Assembly: GCA_019057385.1 (NCBI GenBank) | Contig: JAHQJS010000006.1 | Span: 709,038 to 773,037 of the forward strand | Reading direction: 5' to 3' | Length of the DNA stretch: 64,000 nt | Origin: Candidatus Borrarchaeum weybense | Lineage (GTDB): Archaea; Asgardarchaeota; Sifarchaeia; Borrarchaeales; Borrarchaeaceae | Part shown: positions 40,913-50,497 of the stretch, piece after piece | How positions within the stretch are numbered: position 1 is the stretch's first letter | Layout: the number at the start of each line of letters is the position of its first letter | Position numbers and translations under genes: made by a program | Notes under the pieces: generated by a model | Database searches by the model: none | What the model was told of the DNA's origin: nothing | The model's input: only the letters and a program-made list of their open reading frames with translations

Positions 40913-41389
40913 TTAGATTTTTAATTTCTTTTTAATTTTAGCCGTTATTTCATTACCTAAATCCCGTATATCTACCTGCAATTCTTCTAGTATTTGACTT
41001 TGGACACCAAGAAGAATGCCACCTTCACTTAATGATTGTTCTTTTTTACGCATATCCAGTGTCATTTCAAACTCGCGTACCTTAAGAAAAAATTCGTCTA
41101 TTCGTTGATACAAGGCTGGGTCGTCCAACTCTAATAGTGCTCCGACTACTGCGTCGCTTTTTTCTATCCATTGTTTTGCGGTGATTTTTCCCAGTACTTT
41201 TTCGCGTGCCACTGCATATATTTCGTTTAATAGTGGTTCATATACTCGTTCTGAAAGATATCGACGTCGTTTATCACGCTGTCCTAAAAGAAATTGAATA
41301 ACATTAACAGATCCGCTAATGCCAGCTATAACTAATGAAAATATCGTAATCCACAGCCCAAGAGGAATCCCATTATTTGCTTGAAACAT
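40913..41389 (-). CDS. N-terminal TM anchor plus helical domain, hypothetical
   Basis: TM at residues 8-35; BRE/TATA-like CGGAAAGGTTAAG upstream. Confidence 0.7.
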   Translation of the reverse strand: MFQANNGIPLGLWITIFSLVIAGISGSVNVIQFLLGQRDKRRRYLSERVYEPLLNEIYAVAREKVLGKITAKQWIEKSDAVVGALLELDDPALYQRIDEFFLKVREFEMTLDMRKKEQSLSEGGILLGVQSQILEELQVDIRDLGNEITAKIKKKLKI

Positions 41390-41494
41390 GCTTCATTATT
41401 AAAGCTACAACAACTTAACCTTTCCGTTTGCCAAATCTTGACAAAATCTTTTTTATTCCTTAGTAACATTTAGTGAAATTCAGGAGGGATAAAA

Positions 41495-41725
41495 ATGGTA
41501 AAAGCAGTAGAGATTTTCAAATGCCCTGAATGTCAGAATGAGGACAATGAACAATTTCTTTTTACAGTGGACAAAGAAGGACAACTAAACATATTGTGCC
41601 GCAATTGTAACTGGAAAAAAGGATTTAGACCTATAATAGATTGTTCTAATTGCGGTAGAGAGGTATCCCAGCTCGCCTACAAGTTTTGTCCTTGATGTGG
41701 CTCACAATTACCAGATGAAAGGTAA
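41495..41725 (+). pseudogene. Double Zn-ribbon protein with an in-frame TGA inside the fourth CxxC
   Basis: CPEC..CRNC..CSNC..FCP*CGSQLPDER*; GGAGG upstream. Confidence 0.6.
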
Positions 41726-42075
41726 TTTATGAAGAGGTATTCACCTAGAATAAAATCTAGTTTATTTAATCTATTATAGAATGCCGAAAATTAGAGTTTA
41801 AAGCTTAAGACTAAAATATCTTTAAAGTTTATCCTACCTAAGTGAAAAGGATGGATTTCACGAGGCGTGCTAAACGGGGCGGATTGATTTCAGCCTCATT
41901 TTTTATTTACTTGAAGATAAGTGGCAAATAAAGTGACCTTTGATGCAACCGAAAGAATATCATTTGAACCGTTTCGCAACTACGTCCATTGTTTGTTTTT
42001 GCTAGTATCACATTAAAGGGGGGATGCCCCCCTAAAAAAAGCTTTATTTGTTAAAAAAGCCAATTGTACAAATAG

Positions 42076-42357
42076 GTGAAAAAAATGGTAAAAATTAAGC
42101 CAATAGAAACATGGGTTGAGAATTATGTTGTTAGTACTATTCCAGGTATGTTGAAACAAACAAGATATTGGCTACAGAAAGGCTTTCCAATGGATCACGC
42201 AATAGAAAACGCAATAAAATATGGACGAGGGCAATTACACGCTGGAATCGGAACGACAGTAACTCCAGAACGGGCAGAAACGCTATTTAGAATGTTAGCA
42301 TCCATTGCTAATGCGATGGCTGATTATTGTAGCACTCTCAAGAATGAGAATATATAG
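42076..42357 (+). CDS. Hypothetical protein
   Basis: 93-aa ORF; AGGTGA motif before the internal ATG at 42085. Confidence 0.6.
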   Translation: MKKMVKIKPIETWVENYVVSTIPGMLKQTRYWLQKGFPMDHAIENAIKYGRGQLHAGIGTTVTPERAETLFRMLASIANAMADYCSTLKNENI

Positions 42358-42472
42358 AAAATCCATGAAGAGGAAACAGATTTGACTGACTTTTTCGGCT
42401 ATCCTTATTAAGAGGGGTCTGCCTCTCCAGAACGTAATTTTCCAACACCGCACTGTTCCTTCGGGGCAGACT

Positions 42473-42712
42473 CTATTTTGTTCGACCTAAGATCTTTCGC
42501 CTTAGGATTTTAGGAGAGGCTGGCAAGACCTCTCCTTCTGAAGTGATGTAAGGTACTTCAGCATAAATTATCGGCACCCATAAACTCACTTTTGTTTCTT
42601 TTTTCGTCTTGGATTTCAAGCCTTCTGGCATCATCCTACCATGCTTATCATATCGATGGTATATTACTTTTGCACCACTCTTTTTAAAGCACTCAATTAC
42701 CATAAATATCAA
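42473..42712 (-). pseudogene. Probable chimeric/truncated ORF (DUF3303-like N-terminus)
   Basis: MIFMVIECFK..YHRYDKHGRMMPEGLK resembles the start of a small widespread family, then the sequence character changes abruptly; a GC-rich stem follows the stop. Confidence 0.35.
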
Positions 42713-42796
42713 ATGATTACCTCAAGGAGACTCTTATCTTATAGGGGGAGCACTCTGGCTCGTTATCTGCAAATATTTAAAGAATAGAGTAAATAT

Positions 42797-43117
42797 TTGT
42801 TGGAGGGTATTTTCATTTCAACTAAAAATCCTTGTGTTCGAGAAGCCTGTCTTTATGAAGAATTACCAAACAAGAAAGTACGCTGTGGCGTATGTGAACG
42901 AAGATGTGTAATCCTCAACGGAGAGCGAGGATTTTGTAAAACACGTGAAAATATGGATGGCAAATTGTTTACATTGATTTATGGCGATATTTCATCAATT
43001 TCTGCCAATCCTATTGAAAAAAAACCATTATTTCATTTCTGGCCAGGAAGCCATGCACTAACTGTAGGCTCATGGAGCTGTAATTTTACCTGTCCATGGT
43101 GTCAGAATTGTGGAATT
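42797..43117 (+). pseudogene. AmmeMemoRadiSam-type (PflA-like) radical SAM enzyme, 5' part
   Basis: CGVCERRC..GFCKTREN..NPIEKKPLFHFWPG..SCNFTCPWCQNCGI, then the element; the 8 remaining codons come from the element. Confidence 0.92.
43103..43117 (+). repeat. attL core, 15-bp direct repeat CAGAATTGTGGAATT
   Basis: Identical to 51214-51228; encodes Q-N-C-G-I of the host gene. Confidence 0.93.
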
Positions 43118-43193
43118 GATCATAAAGGTATTACCCTATGTTAATACAAATCAATACCTTATTATAATACTTTCAACACAAATCTTTCCTATT

Positions 43194-43484
43194 ATGACTG
43201 AATCTATTTGGCATGAAAAAATTAAAGAGAAACTAGAACAAGAATACCTAAGAAGAGGATATTCCAAACATTCTATTTTTCCAGAATTTACGGTTATTGG
43301 TTCAAATTATAGAGTTGATTTTGCAATTATAACCGATAAAAAACGAATCTGCTATGAAATAGGTTCTGTTAATACTACCAAAGACCGAATGGATAGAATC
43401 TTTGACTTTTTTGATGAAATCAGACATATCCCTTTTCATGCTGATATTTACGATTATTATTTCATAAAAAATAAAAATGACTAA
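43194..43484 (+). CDS. Small PD-(D/E)XK-like nuclease-fold protein
   Basis: WHEKIK..PEF..YRVDFAI..ICYEIG; likely ATG at 43194 within ORF 43110-43484. Confidence 0.6.
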   Translation: MTESIWHEKIKEKLEQEYLRRGYSKHSIFPEFTVIGSNYRVDFAIITDKKRICYEIGSVNTTKDRMDRIFDFFDEIRHIPFHADIYDYYFIKNKND

Positions 43485-43590
43485 CTCAAAGGAATTATCT
43501 CAATATTATTAATATTTTCATTAAACATTATCCTTTAATAATTTAGATGTGATATAAAATTAGACACAAATAAAAAAATGGGGGATAGAA

Positions 43591-44709
43591 ATACCTATTA
43601 ATCAAATTTTTGAATTTAAATCTGACTGGTTTCAATTTTATCAGGCTGTTCTTAGAAATGAGATAGAGGACGAATCCTTTACAAAAAAATATTTAAAGGC
43701 ATATATAGTCGAATCTAATTTCGAATCTATTGATCAACTTAAAGCATATCACCCAGAGTTAAAGAACAAGATCATTGAATCAAAAGAACAATCTTTTTAT
43801 AATATCAAATATGGAACGCATAAATTCTTATATCTCGATACAGAGAACGATCGTTTTTGGGTTATTCATAGTCTAGAAAGACAAGAGGACATTCACCCTA
43901 AAATTGTTGAACTATTCTGTAATAGTTATCTCCAAGATAAAATATATGTTCCAAATCAAATGATGGAGGATTATCGGAAAAATTATAGTAAACAATCATT
44001 AGGAGCGAGCTTAAACTTTAAACAATTGATTGCAGAGAAAGAACCTAAAGACCAACGATTAAGTACAGATGTTTCAGAAGATCTAGAAGGAGAAATTGAT
44101 AATTACGCATTAAGAATATGGCTTAACAGATCAGAAAAAATGGATTATGTACTTAAAAGTTTCAAACAAATTGGATTGCCAATTAATTATAATTATCTTA
44201 ATTATGCCTTTTATAATGAAGATAATGAACTTATTATGAAAGAGAACTTTCATAGAGATGGTAAATTTACGATTAATAAAGGGATAGAACTTATCCAGCA
44301 TATTAATTTTGTTCACAAAGTTAGAGACGACTATAGTTCAAAATTGAATTTAATTGAAGATTACCGTATTGATTGGACGAAAAAAAAGGGTGATTTAATA
44401 AAAATTCTATTTACAAAGAAAGATATAGACCCCAAAAAACTATATCAGAGTTTCAAGTCCTATAAGTCAACCTTTCGAATGATAATTATCCCATTATTCA
44501 AAGAAAAAGACTATTATTTTTTTGATTGTTTAGATACACACACAGGAGGGCGTTTTTCTTTACAAATATCTAAAAGACAAATTCTTGTTAATCTAAAACC
44601 AGATTCATGCGGTAATGTTGTTTTTCGCTTACTCTCCAATTTACAAAAACATATTTCTTCAGAAATTTCAATTGAAATAGATAATCAAGATTTAAAAATT
44701 CTAAATTAA
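43591..44709 (+). CDS. Hypothetical protein of about 372 aa with probable non-AUG start
   Basis: The frame of ORF 43960 is open from 43564 with protein-like sequence (KAYIVESN..YLDTENDRFWVIHS); only ATA/ATT candidates after GGGGG (43580-43584); C-terminal DTHTGG..SCGNVVFRLLSNLQ. Confidence 0.7.
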   Translation: MPINQIFEFKSDWFQFYQAVLRNEIEDESFTKKYLKAYIVESNFESIDQLKAYHPELKNKIIESKEQSFYNIKYGTHKFLYLDTENDRFWVIHSLERQEDIHPKIVELFCNSYLQDKIYVPNQMMEDYRKNYSKQSLGASLNFKQLIAEKEPKDQRLSTDVSEDLEGEIDNYALRIWLNRSEKMDYVLKSFKQIGLPINYNYLNYAFYNEDNELIMKENFHRDGKFTINKGIELIQHINFVHKVRDDYSSKLNLIEDYRIDWTKKKGDLIKILFTKKDIDPKKLYQSFKSYKSTFRMIIIPLFKEKDYYFFDCLDTHTGGRFSLQISKRQILVNLKPDSCGNVVFRLLSNLQKHISSEISIEIDNQDLKILN

Positions 44710-44728
44710 AAGGAGCTGAAATTCTCCT

Positions 44729-45697
44729 TTGATAAATTTAATACAAGTTTTTAAAATTTCTAGTATAACTAAAACACTTAATTTTTTATTAGCATGTTTT
44801 AAGAAAATGCAAAATCATAGAAGAATAATATATGAACTAGATATTTCTCTACAAAATGATTCAAATTGCAAGCCTGATCTATTTTGTCTTTTAGTTGAGG
44901 AAGGTGAGTTTTATTATAGTCTTTTTGAGATTAAAGCACGAACTGTATTTTCAGAAGAGGATATTAATGAGAAGATAAAACCACAATATTTATCATATCA
45001 AAATATAACCGTTAATGATTTAGATGATTATCTCATTCCAAGAATCCAAAATACAACTATCTATATTAATTATTTATTTTATGACTCAGAGCGACAAATA
45101 ATTGATCAAATAATCAACAGTGTACCAATTCAATCGAACGTATATCATTTAAACTTAAATGAACGCCAAATTATTGCCATTCAATCAAATTCAGGAAATC
45201 TTAATGACCAATTAATGGAGAAGATTATAGAGTTATCCCAAGAGACAAGTCTTTGGAATAAAATATATGTTCCTTTTACCTTTAAGGATATCCAAGATTT
45301 TCGAGGAAAAGGGGGAAAGGAAGTAGATATTCATAACAGATCAGGTATAATTCTTGCTGTTAATTTTATGATGTTTGTTCTTTCGAGAAAAATTAGAAAA
45401 GAAGATACACTTTTCCTAGTGGATGATTTCATAAATTATGTATTCCAAAATAATTTTGAGAACTTAAATGTAGGTTGGGAACAAAGAAAAACATTTAAGA
45501 AAAAATTTAGATTATTTTTACAGTTTATTTGTAATGAATTACCAAAAAAAATTGACATTGATCCGATTATTGAGAAAACTGATGGATATTACAGAATTTT
45601 ATTAAGACACACAGCTACATTAGAAAGGAGAATAAGTGAAATCACGCAAGAATTAATCAAATTTTTAAAACAAAAAAGACTACCTGAGTTTTATTGA
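44729..45697 (+). CDS. PD-(D/E)XK-motif nuclease-like protein
   Basis: KPDLFCLL..SLFEIKAR..Q motif; 19 bp after the preceding gene. Confidence 0.65.
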   Translation: MINLIQVFKISSITKTLNFLLACFKKMQNHRRIIYELDISLQNDSNCKPDLFCLLVEEGEFYYSLFEIKARTVFSEEDINEKIKPQYLSYQNITVNDLDDYLIPRIQNTTIYINYLFYDSERQIIDQIINSVPIQSNVYHLNLNERQIIAIQSNSGNLNDQLMEKIIELSQETSLWNKIYVPFTFKDIQDFRGKGGKEVDIHNRSGIILAVNFMMFVLSRKIRKEDTLFLVDDFINYVFQNNFENLNVGWEQRKTFKKKFRLFLQFICNELPKKIDIDPIIEKTDGYYRILLRHTATLERRISEITQELIKFLKQKRLPEFY

Positions 45698-45925
45698 ATA
45701 ATAGATTTTTACAAGCAGTTTCTGGGCATTTTCCTTGAAGATAGAACTTTATGTACCGTATCTAAAAAAAGAATGAATTTTATACCTTAATTATCTAGTA
45801 AAATATCACTTGATTTTAAATACCCATTTTAAATACCTTTTTTCATAACAGGTTACTTTTCCTTATCAAAACAAGTAAATAGTATGTCAATTACCTATCA
45901 TACTAAGATATATCAAAATTATAAT

Positions 45926-46480
45926 CTACTGTTCTACTGAAAACCTCGCAAGTGATTGTTGATGTTGGTAAATATCTTCTGTATATCTTGAAATAAAATC
46001 AGTATTTACTCCTTTTTTTCTATCCTGAGTATATTTTGCATTTAACTGGCAGTCTAAATTATTATTCGGTAATGCTACATCAAATTCATATTGTAATGAG
46101 ATATTATCTTTTATATCCTCCATTTCTATTCTCAATGGAAATACCTGTTCCTGTTCCCATTCGCCTTTCCAATTCCTTCCCTCACATCTCCCCTCTATTT
46201 CTCTATCATTATCAAATATCTTTAGGGTAGGTGCTTCAACGGTTGTGTTTTTTCCACCAGCATTGATAATTCTAATTTTAACCCATAATCTATGTGTATG
46301 GTGTTCACTTTCCATTATCTCAACACTAAATTTTTGTCGTTCTGTAATAAATCGAATAACTTGTATTATCGTTCCACTTGTACCTATTGCACCTAATACT
46401 AAAGCTATTATTGTAGTCAAATCTGTTGTTGATACTGTTGTTGCTGTTTGTGTTGCATTTTGTAACATCATTTCTATCAC
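45926..46480 (-). CDS. TM-anchored beta-rich hypothetical protein
   Basis: TM IIALVLGAIGTSGTIIQVI followed by VKIRIINAGGKNTTV. Confidence 0.7.
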   Translation of the reverse strand: MIEMMLQNATQTATTVSTTDLTTIIALVLGAIGTSGTIIQVIRFITERQKFSVEIMESEHHTHRLWVKIRIINAGGKNTTVEAPTLKIFDNDREIEGRCEGRNWKGEWEQEQVFPLRIEMEDIKDNISLQYEFDVALPNNNLDCQLNAKYTQDRKKGVNTDFISRYTEDIYQHQQSLARFSVEQ

Positions 46481-46759
46481 TACTAATTACCCTTTCAATA
46501 TTATTAGATTTCTGTCCTGCTATCTATTTCTTCTAATAAGGTATCTAAATCTTCTATCCAATTACCTAACATCCTATCATTTTTTATACCTCATTTAACA
46601 TTCTACCTATTATTTCTCTATAACTAAAAATTGAGAAAAAACTGAGAGATAGTTTTAGAAAACAAAAAGAGGATTCTTACTTTGGATGCAAAATAATTAA
46701 GTTTAAGATATGTAGAATAAACTCTTTTTTATCCTATTATAGAAAATTAGATCTTGTTT

Positions 46760-47252
46760 TTATATACTTAAGTTCCGTAAATTATCTAATATATCATCTA
46801 TCTTTTGTTTTAATCTCTCTAACTTATTCTTATTCTCTGTAATAAAATCAGTACTGCTCTCTACGTTTATTATCAGATCACGATCAAAAATAGCATTTAT
46901 CTTTTCAACATCAACCTCAATATCAGCATCCACATAAATTTTTCCTAACTGAGATAGAAATGGATCTGTAAGCAAATATAAAATTCCACTGGATCGGATA
47001 AAAATCCAAGCGTTATCATCTAAATTTATAGGCGGAATGGCAAAATCCCTAATGTTCTGATTCTAAAATTTTTATATGTCCTTCAATTTTTAATTTATTT
47101 TGAGTTAATTCAATGATAAGATTCTTTTTGACCTTATCCAATTCTTGATTTCTTCTATCCTTTTCTTTCTTAACATCCCACGCTAAGCCTAATAGAAAAC
47201 CAATAATAACTCCTATTAAACCTGAAATTGTTGGATCTATTTTTAACATCAT
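46760..47252 (-). pseudogene. TM-anchored protein split by one frameshift near 47060
   Basis: ORFs 47049-47252 and 46760-46975 join through an open shifted frame (NQNIRDFAIPPINLDDNAWIFIRSSGILYLL); span is 3n+1. Confidence 0.7.
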
Positions 47253-47272
47253 ATTCTCGATCCTTAGAGATA

Positions 47273-47615
47273 TTATTCACTACGTTTCATCTGCTCAGTC
47301 ATAATATCTTTAACCTTTTCTTCATCAACAACTTCTACTTTTACCCCATTTATTCTTACTTCTGCAATTTTTTTATCCTTTAACTTTTCTTTCAACCAAA
47401 AAGCAAATTTGATAATATTTCCGATATTACTAATTATTGTTGTTATTAGAACAATATCTGGAATACCAATTGCTTTTCTAATGTATGTACTCCCATTCTA
47501 CTGTTACATCCTCAGAAATAGATTTTCTTGTTTCTCCTACTGAGAGTTCCTTTGTTTCAAATAACTCAAACTCTAAGGATTTCTCAAATGTTTCAATCTC
47601 TATATCAAATCTCAT
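47273..47615 (-). pseudogene. Small protein split by one frameshift near 47490
   Basis: MRFDIEIETFE..VTVEW, then shifted frame ..IRKAIGIPDIVLIT..WLKEKLK..RINGVKVEV..*; span is 3n+1. Confidence 0.6.
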
Positions 47616-47730
47616 GGAAAAAGTCTATGTTTTCTTCTTCTTATTAAAATTATATGGCAAATTTCTAAAAAATTGAAAAATCCCCATTTCACTAATTTTA
47701 TTATATTCAGAAATTCTATATCTTTAAAAC

Positions 47731-48522
47731 ATGTCAATTTTCAAAGACTTAAAAAAATATAAAGAACACATACTCCGCATTGTTGTCCTCATAGTTATAG
47801 TAATAATCGTACCGCTAATTATTAGGTTACTTTTCCCCGAGTTTTTTAATATGTTTGTAATCCCCATAGTTGTCGGATTGATCACATCTGCTATTTGGTA
47901 TTATATAGTTTGGACTCTCTTTATTTATCCAACACAAAAAAGGGCAGAAGTTGTAAAGAAAGCAGTCTTTAAACTATTACTTAACTCTGAGATCCATTAT
48001 CCCCTTGGTGTAATAATTTTTAATCTTCTTCTTAAAGAGGATAAAACACCCGAAAACTTTTATAGGAATATCAAAAGCTATGTAGAGGCAAACCCTCAAA
48101 TATTTCAAGATTCAAATCTCTTAATCAATTATTTGAAAGCCATTTCTTTGGATGAATTTCACCAAGGCTTAATTGAGAAAATGACTCACTTAGATGATCA
48201 CACATGGAACAAAATAATAGATGCTACAATTAACTTAAAAAAAATTCTTAGTGATTTTCACACTCGTTATCCTCTTCATTACTCCAACGCTTGTAACATC
48301 TATCATAACGATCATCGCCATTACCTTCATGTTTCTTGTATCTATATTCTACATCGTTTATTTCCACACATCCAAATTTTTTATTCGCTATTTCTTTTCT
48401 CTTCTTACGTTTCTTCCTTCTCTTCTTATCTCTACTTAGTTCTATCAATTCACGCTTTGCATCTCTTGATATTTTTTCAAGATCAATCTTACTCATTTTC
48501 TTCACTTAAATACTCTGTCTAA
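47731..48522 (+). CDS. 2-TM membrane protein; the last ~90 codons probably reflect run-on through a lost stop
   Basis: Two N-terminal TMs; after the A-run at about 48238-48244 the ORF is the antisense of 48248-48505. Confidence 0.5.
   Translation: MSIFKDLKKYKEHILRIVVLIVIVIIVPLIIRLLFPEFFNMFVIPIVVGLITSAIWYYIVWTLFIYPTQKRAEVVKKAVFKLLLNSEIHYPLGVIIFNLLLKEDKTPENFYRNIKSYVEANPQIFQDSNLLINYLKAISLDEFHQGLIEKMTHLDDHTWNKIIDATINLKKILSDFHTRYPLHYSNACNIYHNDHRHYLHVSCIYILHRLFPHIQIFYSLFLFSSYVSSFSSYLYLVLSIHALHLLIFFQDQSYSFSSLKYSV
48248..48505 (-). CDS. Small basic protein (uncertain)
   Basis: K/R-rich 85 aa; co-oriented with 48618-48803. Confidence 0.4.
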   Translation of the reverse strand: MKKMSKIDLEKISRDAKRELIELSRDKKRRKKRKKRKEIANKKFGCVEINDVEYRYKKHEGNGDDRYDRCYKRWSNEEDNECENH

Positions 48523-48617
48523 CTCAGTTTTACTCAATTTATGGTTCATAATGTTCAATTTAGGTATCCTATGATACCCCCCTACCTTAACATGGTTTTT
48601 AGAAATCAGATAAAACA

Positions 48618-48803
48618 CTACACTTGACTCATTTTTATTAAATTAGCATTAATGATCTTATCTTTCTTCTTATGACCATTACCATTATTATTGCCAAATG
48701 TATCAATCATTTCCCTTTTTTCCCATATTCTGGTTTTTTTGTCGTACTCTCTACTCGCGTCTGAACAACATCCTATATGCAGGCTATAGCCCCATATATT
48801 CAT
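48618..48803 (-). CDS. Small hypothetical protein (uncertain)
   Basis: Preceded by a strong BRE-TATA CCGAAAGGTTTATATAG (minus strand, about 48852-48868). Confidence 0.35.
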   Translation of the reverse strand: MNIWGYSLHIGCCSDASREYDKKTRIWEKREMIDTFGNNNGNGHKKKDKIINANLIKMSQV

Positions 48804-48945
48804 CTCGGTTCAGGAGATTCAGTATCTCCCAATTAACTATTACCTCAGCACCTATATAAACCTTTCGGTTGATATTAGAGCATATTTCCTTATTTTGAAC
48901 AATTTTATGGTATATCTCAATCTTATAGTATATCTAATAATTTAG

Positions 48946-49089
48946 TTATACCAAAAACCGAATAAAATTATACTTTATAGAATATTGTTATACGTTATTT
49001 TGATTTTGTTATACTTTTCAAAAATAGCAGAATAAAAACCTTTTAATCTATAATTAATAAAAAAAGAAAGTGATACAATAATTGTATCA
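48946..49089. repeat. Phased TTATAC repeats plus a perfect palindrome
   Basis: TTATAC at 48946, 48968, 48988 and 49009 (20-22 bp spacing); TGATACAAT-A-ATTGTATCA at 49071-49089. Confidence 0.7.
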
Positions 49090-49147
49090 AAATAGGGATT
49101 AGGGAAGGAACTTTGCGTTACCAATTCGCTTTTCCTTCTCTTTTTTC

Positions 49148-50497
49148 CTACCAGTATTTATTTTGATTATTACCTAGCACATTCTCTACTCGTTCCTCTA
49201 ATTCTTCTATGCCACTTCTCAGATATAATGATGTTACTCTCAAATTGGCATGACCTAACATCTTTTGTATATCTGATAATAACATCCGTTCACCGTGTTC
49301 ATTCTGGGCTTTTTCCCATATCTTAGCTGCGGTATATCTAACATCATGCGGAGTTACCCTGAATCCTACCTTCTTTGAAATTTCCTTGTAATATTTCCAG
49401 ATAGCATTTCTATATGGTCTTTTTCCTTGCCTTGTAGTTATTAGGTAATCATGGTTCGGTCTAAATAACATTCTTTGTTTCATCTGTCTATTCAAATATC
49501 GTACTTGTTCATCGGTCAATGTCAATATTCGTTCCTTTGGAATATTACCCTTTGACTTGCCGTATATCTTTATTCTTTTACTTTCTAAGTCTATATGTTC
49601 TCTTTTTATCCGTGTATACTCTTCTCTTCTCAATCCAAAGTTCAATCCTAACCAAAAAACAAATCTTAGTATCGGATGTCTTACTGTTTTAAATATTGTT
49701 TTTACTTGTGATTCTGTTAATGATACTCTTGTCGTTTCTGTCCTGTGTTCATTACTATAGTTATTTCTGATCCATTTTCTTATCTTTTTTCTAGTCTTTT
49801 TAGATATACATACATCATTTTCTTCATCCCACGTCAAAAAACCAGCTATAGTATATGCCTTGTTCACTAGCGTATTTACTGAATTAGCTTTCTGATCTCG
49901 TTTTGCATCATAAACACCTTTCGTTTCTAAATGATTGAAATATTCTATCATATCACTTAATTCTAACTCTTGAAATCCCTGTTTATTCCTTACTTCAATG
50001 AGATAACTTTCAAAGTCTACTAGAATGGGTATATTGGTTACTAGACTTGAACGCGCAAACTCACCAGAATAATAATAATCTCTTAATATATCACTTAAAT
50101 TTTCTACATCTGTTTTATTATTATTTTCTGGTATCTCTAAGCCAGCTAATTCTATAGCTGTTATCAATGATCCAAATCGTCTTTTGTAAGTAGCTCCATC
50201 TGGTAACTCTTTTCTTCGCAAATCTGGATATTTCGGTACTCTTCCATGTTCTTCAAAGAATTTTACTAAAACATTCAATAATTCTTTATCAGAATACACA
50301 TAGTTTCTAGGTAAATATCCAGCTAGTCTTACTGCTTTTGACCAGCTACCAAAATGCCTTGTATATGTCATCGGTGAAGGATTCAAAGGATTACCTTTGA
50401 AATCCAATGCTTGAGGAACTTTACCATGCTGTTCATGCAAATCTCTTATGTATTGTAATAAAGATTCATCGGTGTATTTATTGTACTTATTCCCCAT
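49148..50497 (-). CDS. Tyrosine recombinase with two N-terminal homing-endonuclease-associated repeats
   Basis: Catalytic set GLRREE (R), YGK (K), HDVR, LGH, LY; repeats YTDESLL..HGKVP..YTRHFGSW..AVRLAG and YSDKELL..HGRVP..YKRRFGSL..AIELAG. Confidence 0.92.
   Translation of the reverse strand: MGNKYNKYTDESLLQYIRDLHEQHGKVPQALDFKGNPLNPSPMTYTRHFGSWSKAVRLAGYLPRNYVYSDKELLNVLVKFFEEHGRVPKYPDLRRKELPDGATYKRRFGSLITAIELAGLEIPENNNKTDVENLSDILRDYYYSGEFARSSLVTNIPILVDFESYLIEVRNKQGFQELELSDMIEYFNHLETKGVYDAKRDQKANSVNTLVNKAYTIAGFLTWDEENDVCISKKTRKKIRKWIRNNYSNEHRTETTRVSLTESQVKTIFKTVRHPILRFVFWLGLNFGLRREEYTRIKREHIDLESKRIKIYGKSKGNIPKERILTLTDEQVRYLNRQMKQRMLFRPNHDYLITTRQGKRPYRNAIWKYYKEISKKVGFRVTPHDVRYTAAKIWEKAQNEHGERMLLSDIQKMLGHANLRVTSLYLRSGIEELEERVENVLGNNQNKYW

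Noticed and set aside
41693-41695. Selenocysteine codon
   Set aside because: The UGA is not at a Cys-equivalent position and no SECIS-like hairpin was recognised downstream.
31470-41900. Integron cassette array
   Set aside because: The same-strand small genes are suggestive, but I found no recurring RYYYAAC..GTTRRRY attC pairs. Several genes have their own BRE-TATA, and the nearby recombinase has its own att sites.
42410-42475. GC-rich stem (GGGGTCTGCC..GGCAGACTCT) as a group II intron or retron remnant
   Set aside because: No domain V consensus and no reverse transcriptase nearby; only a single stem is supported.
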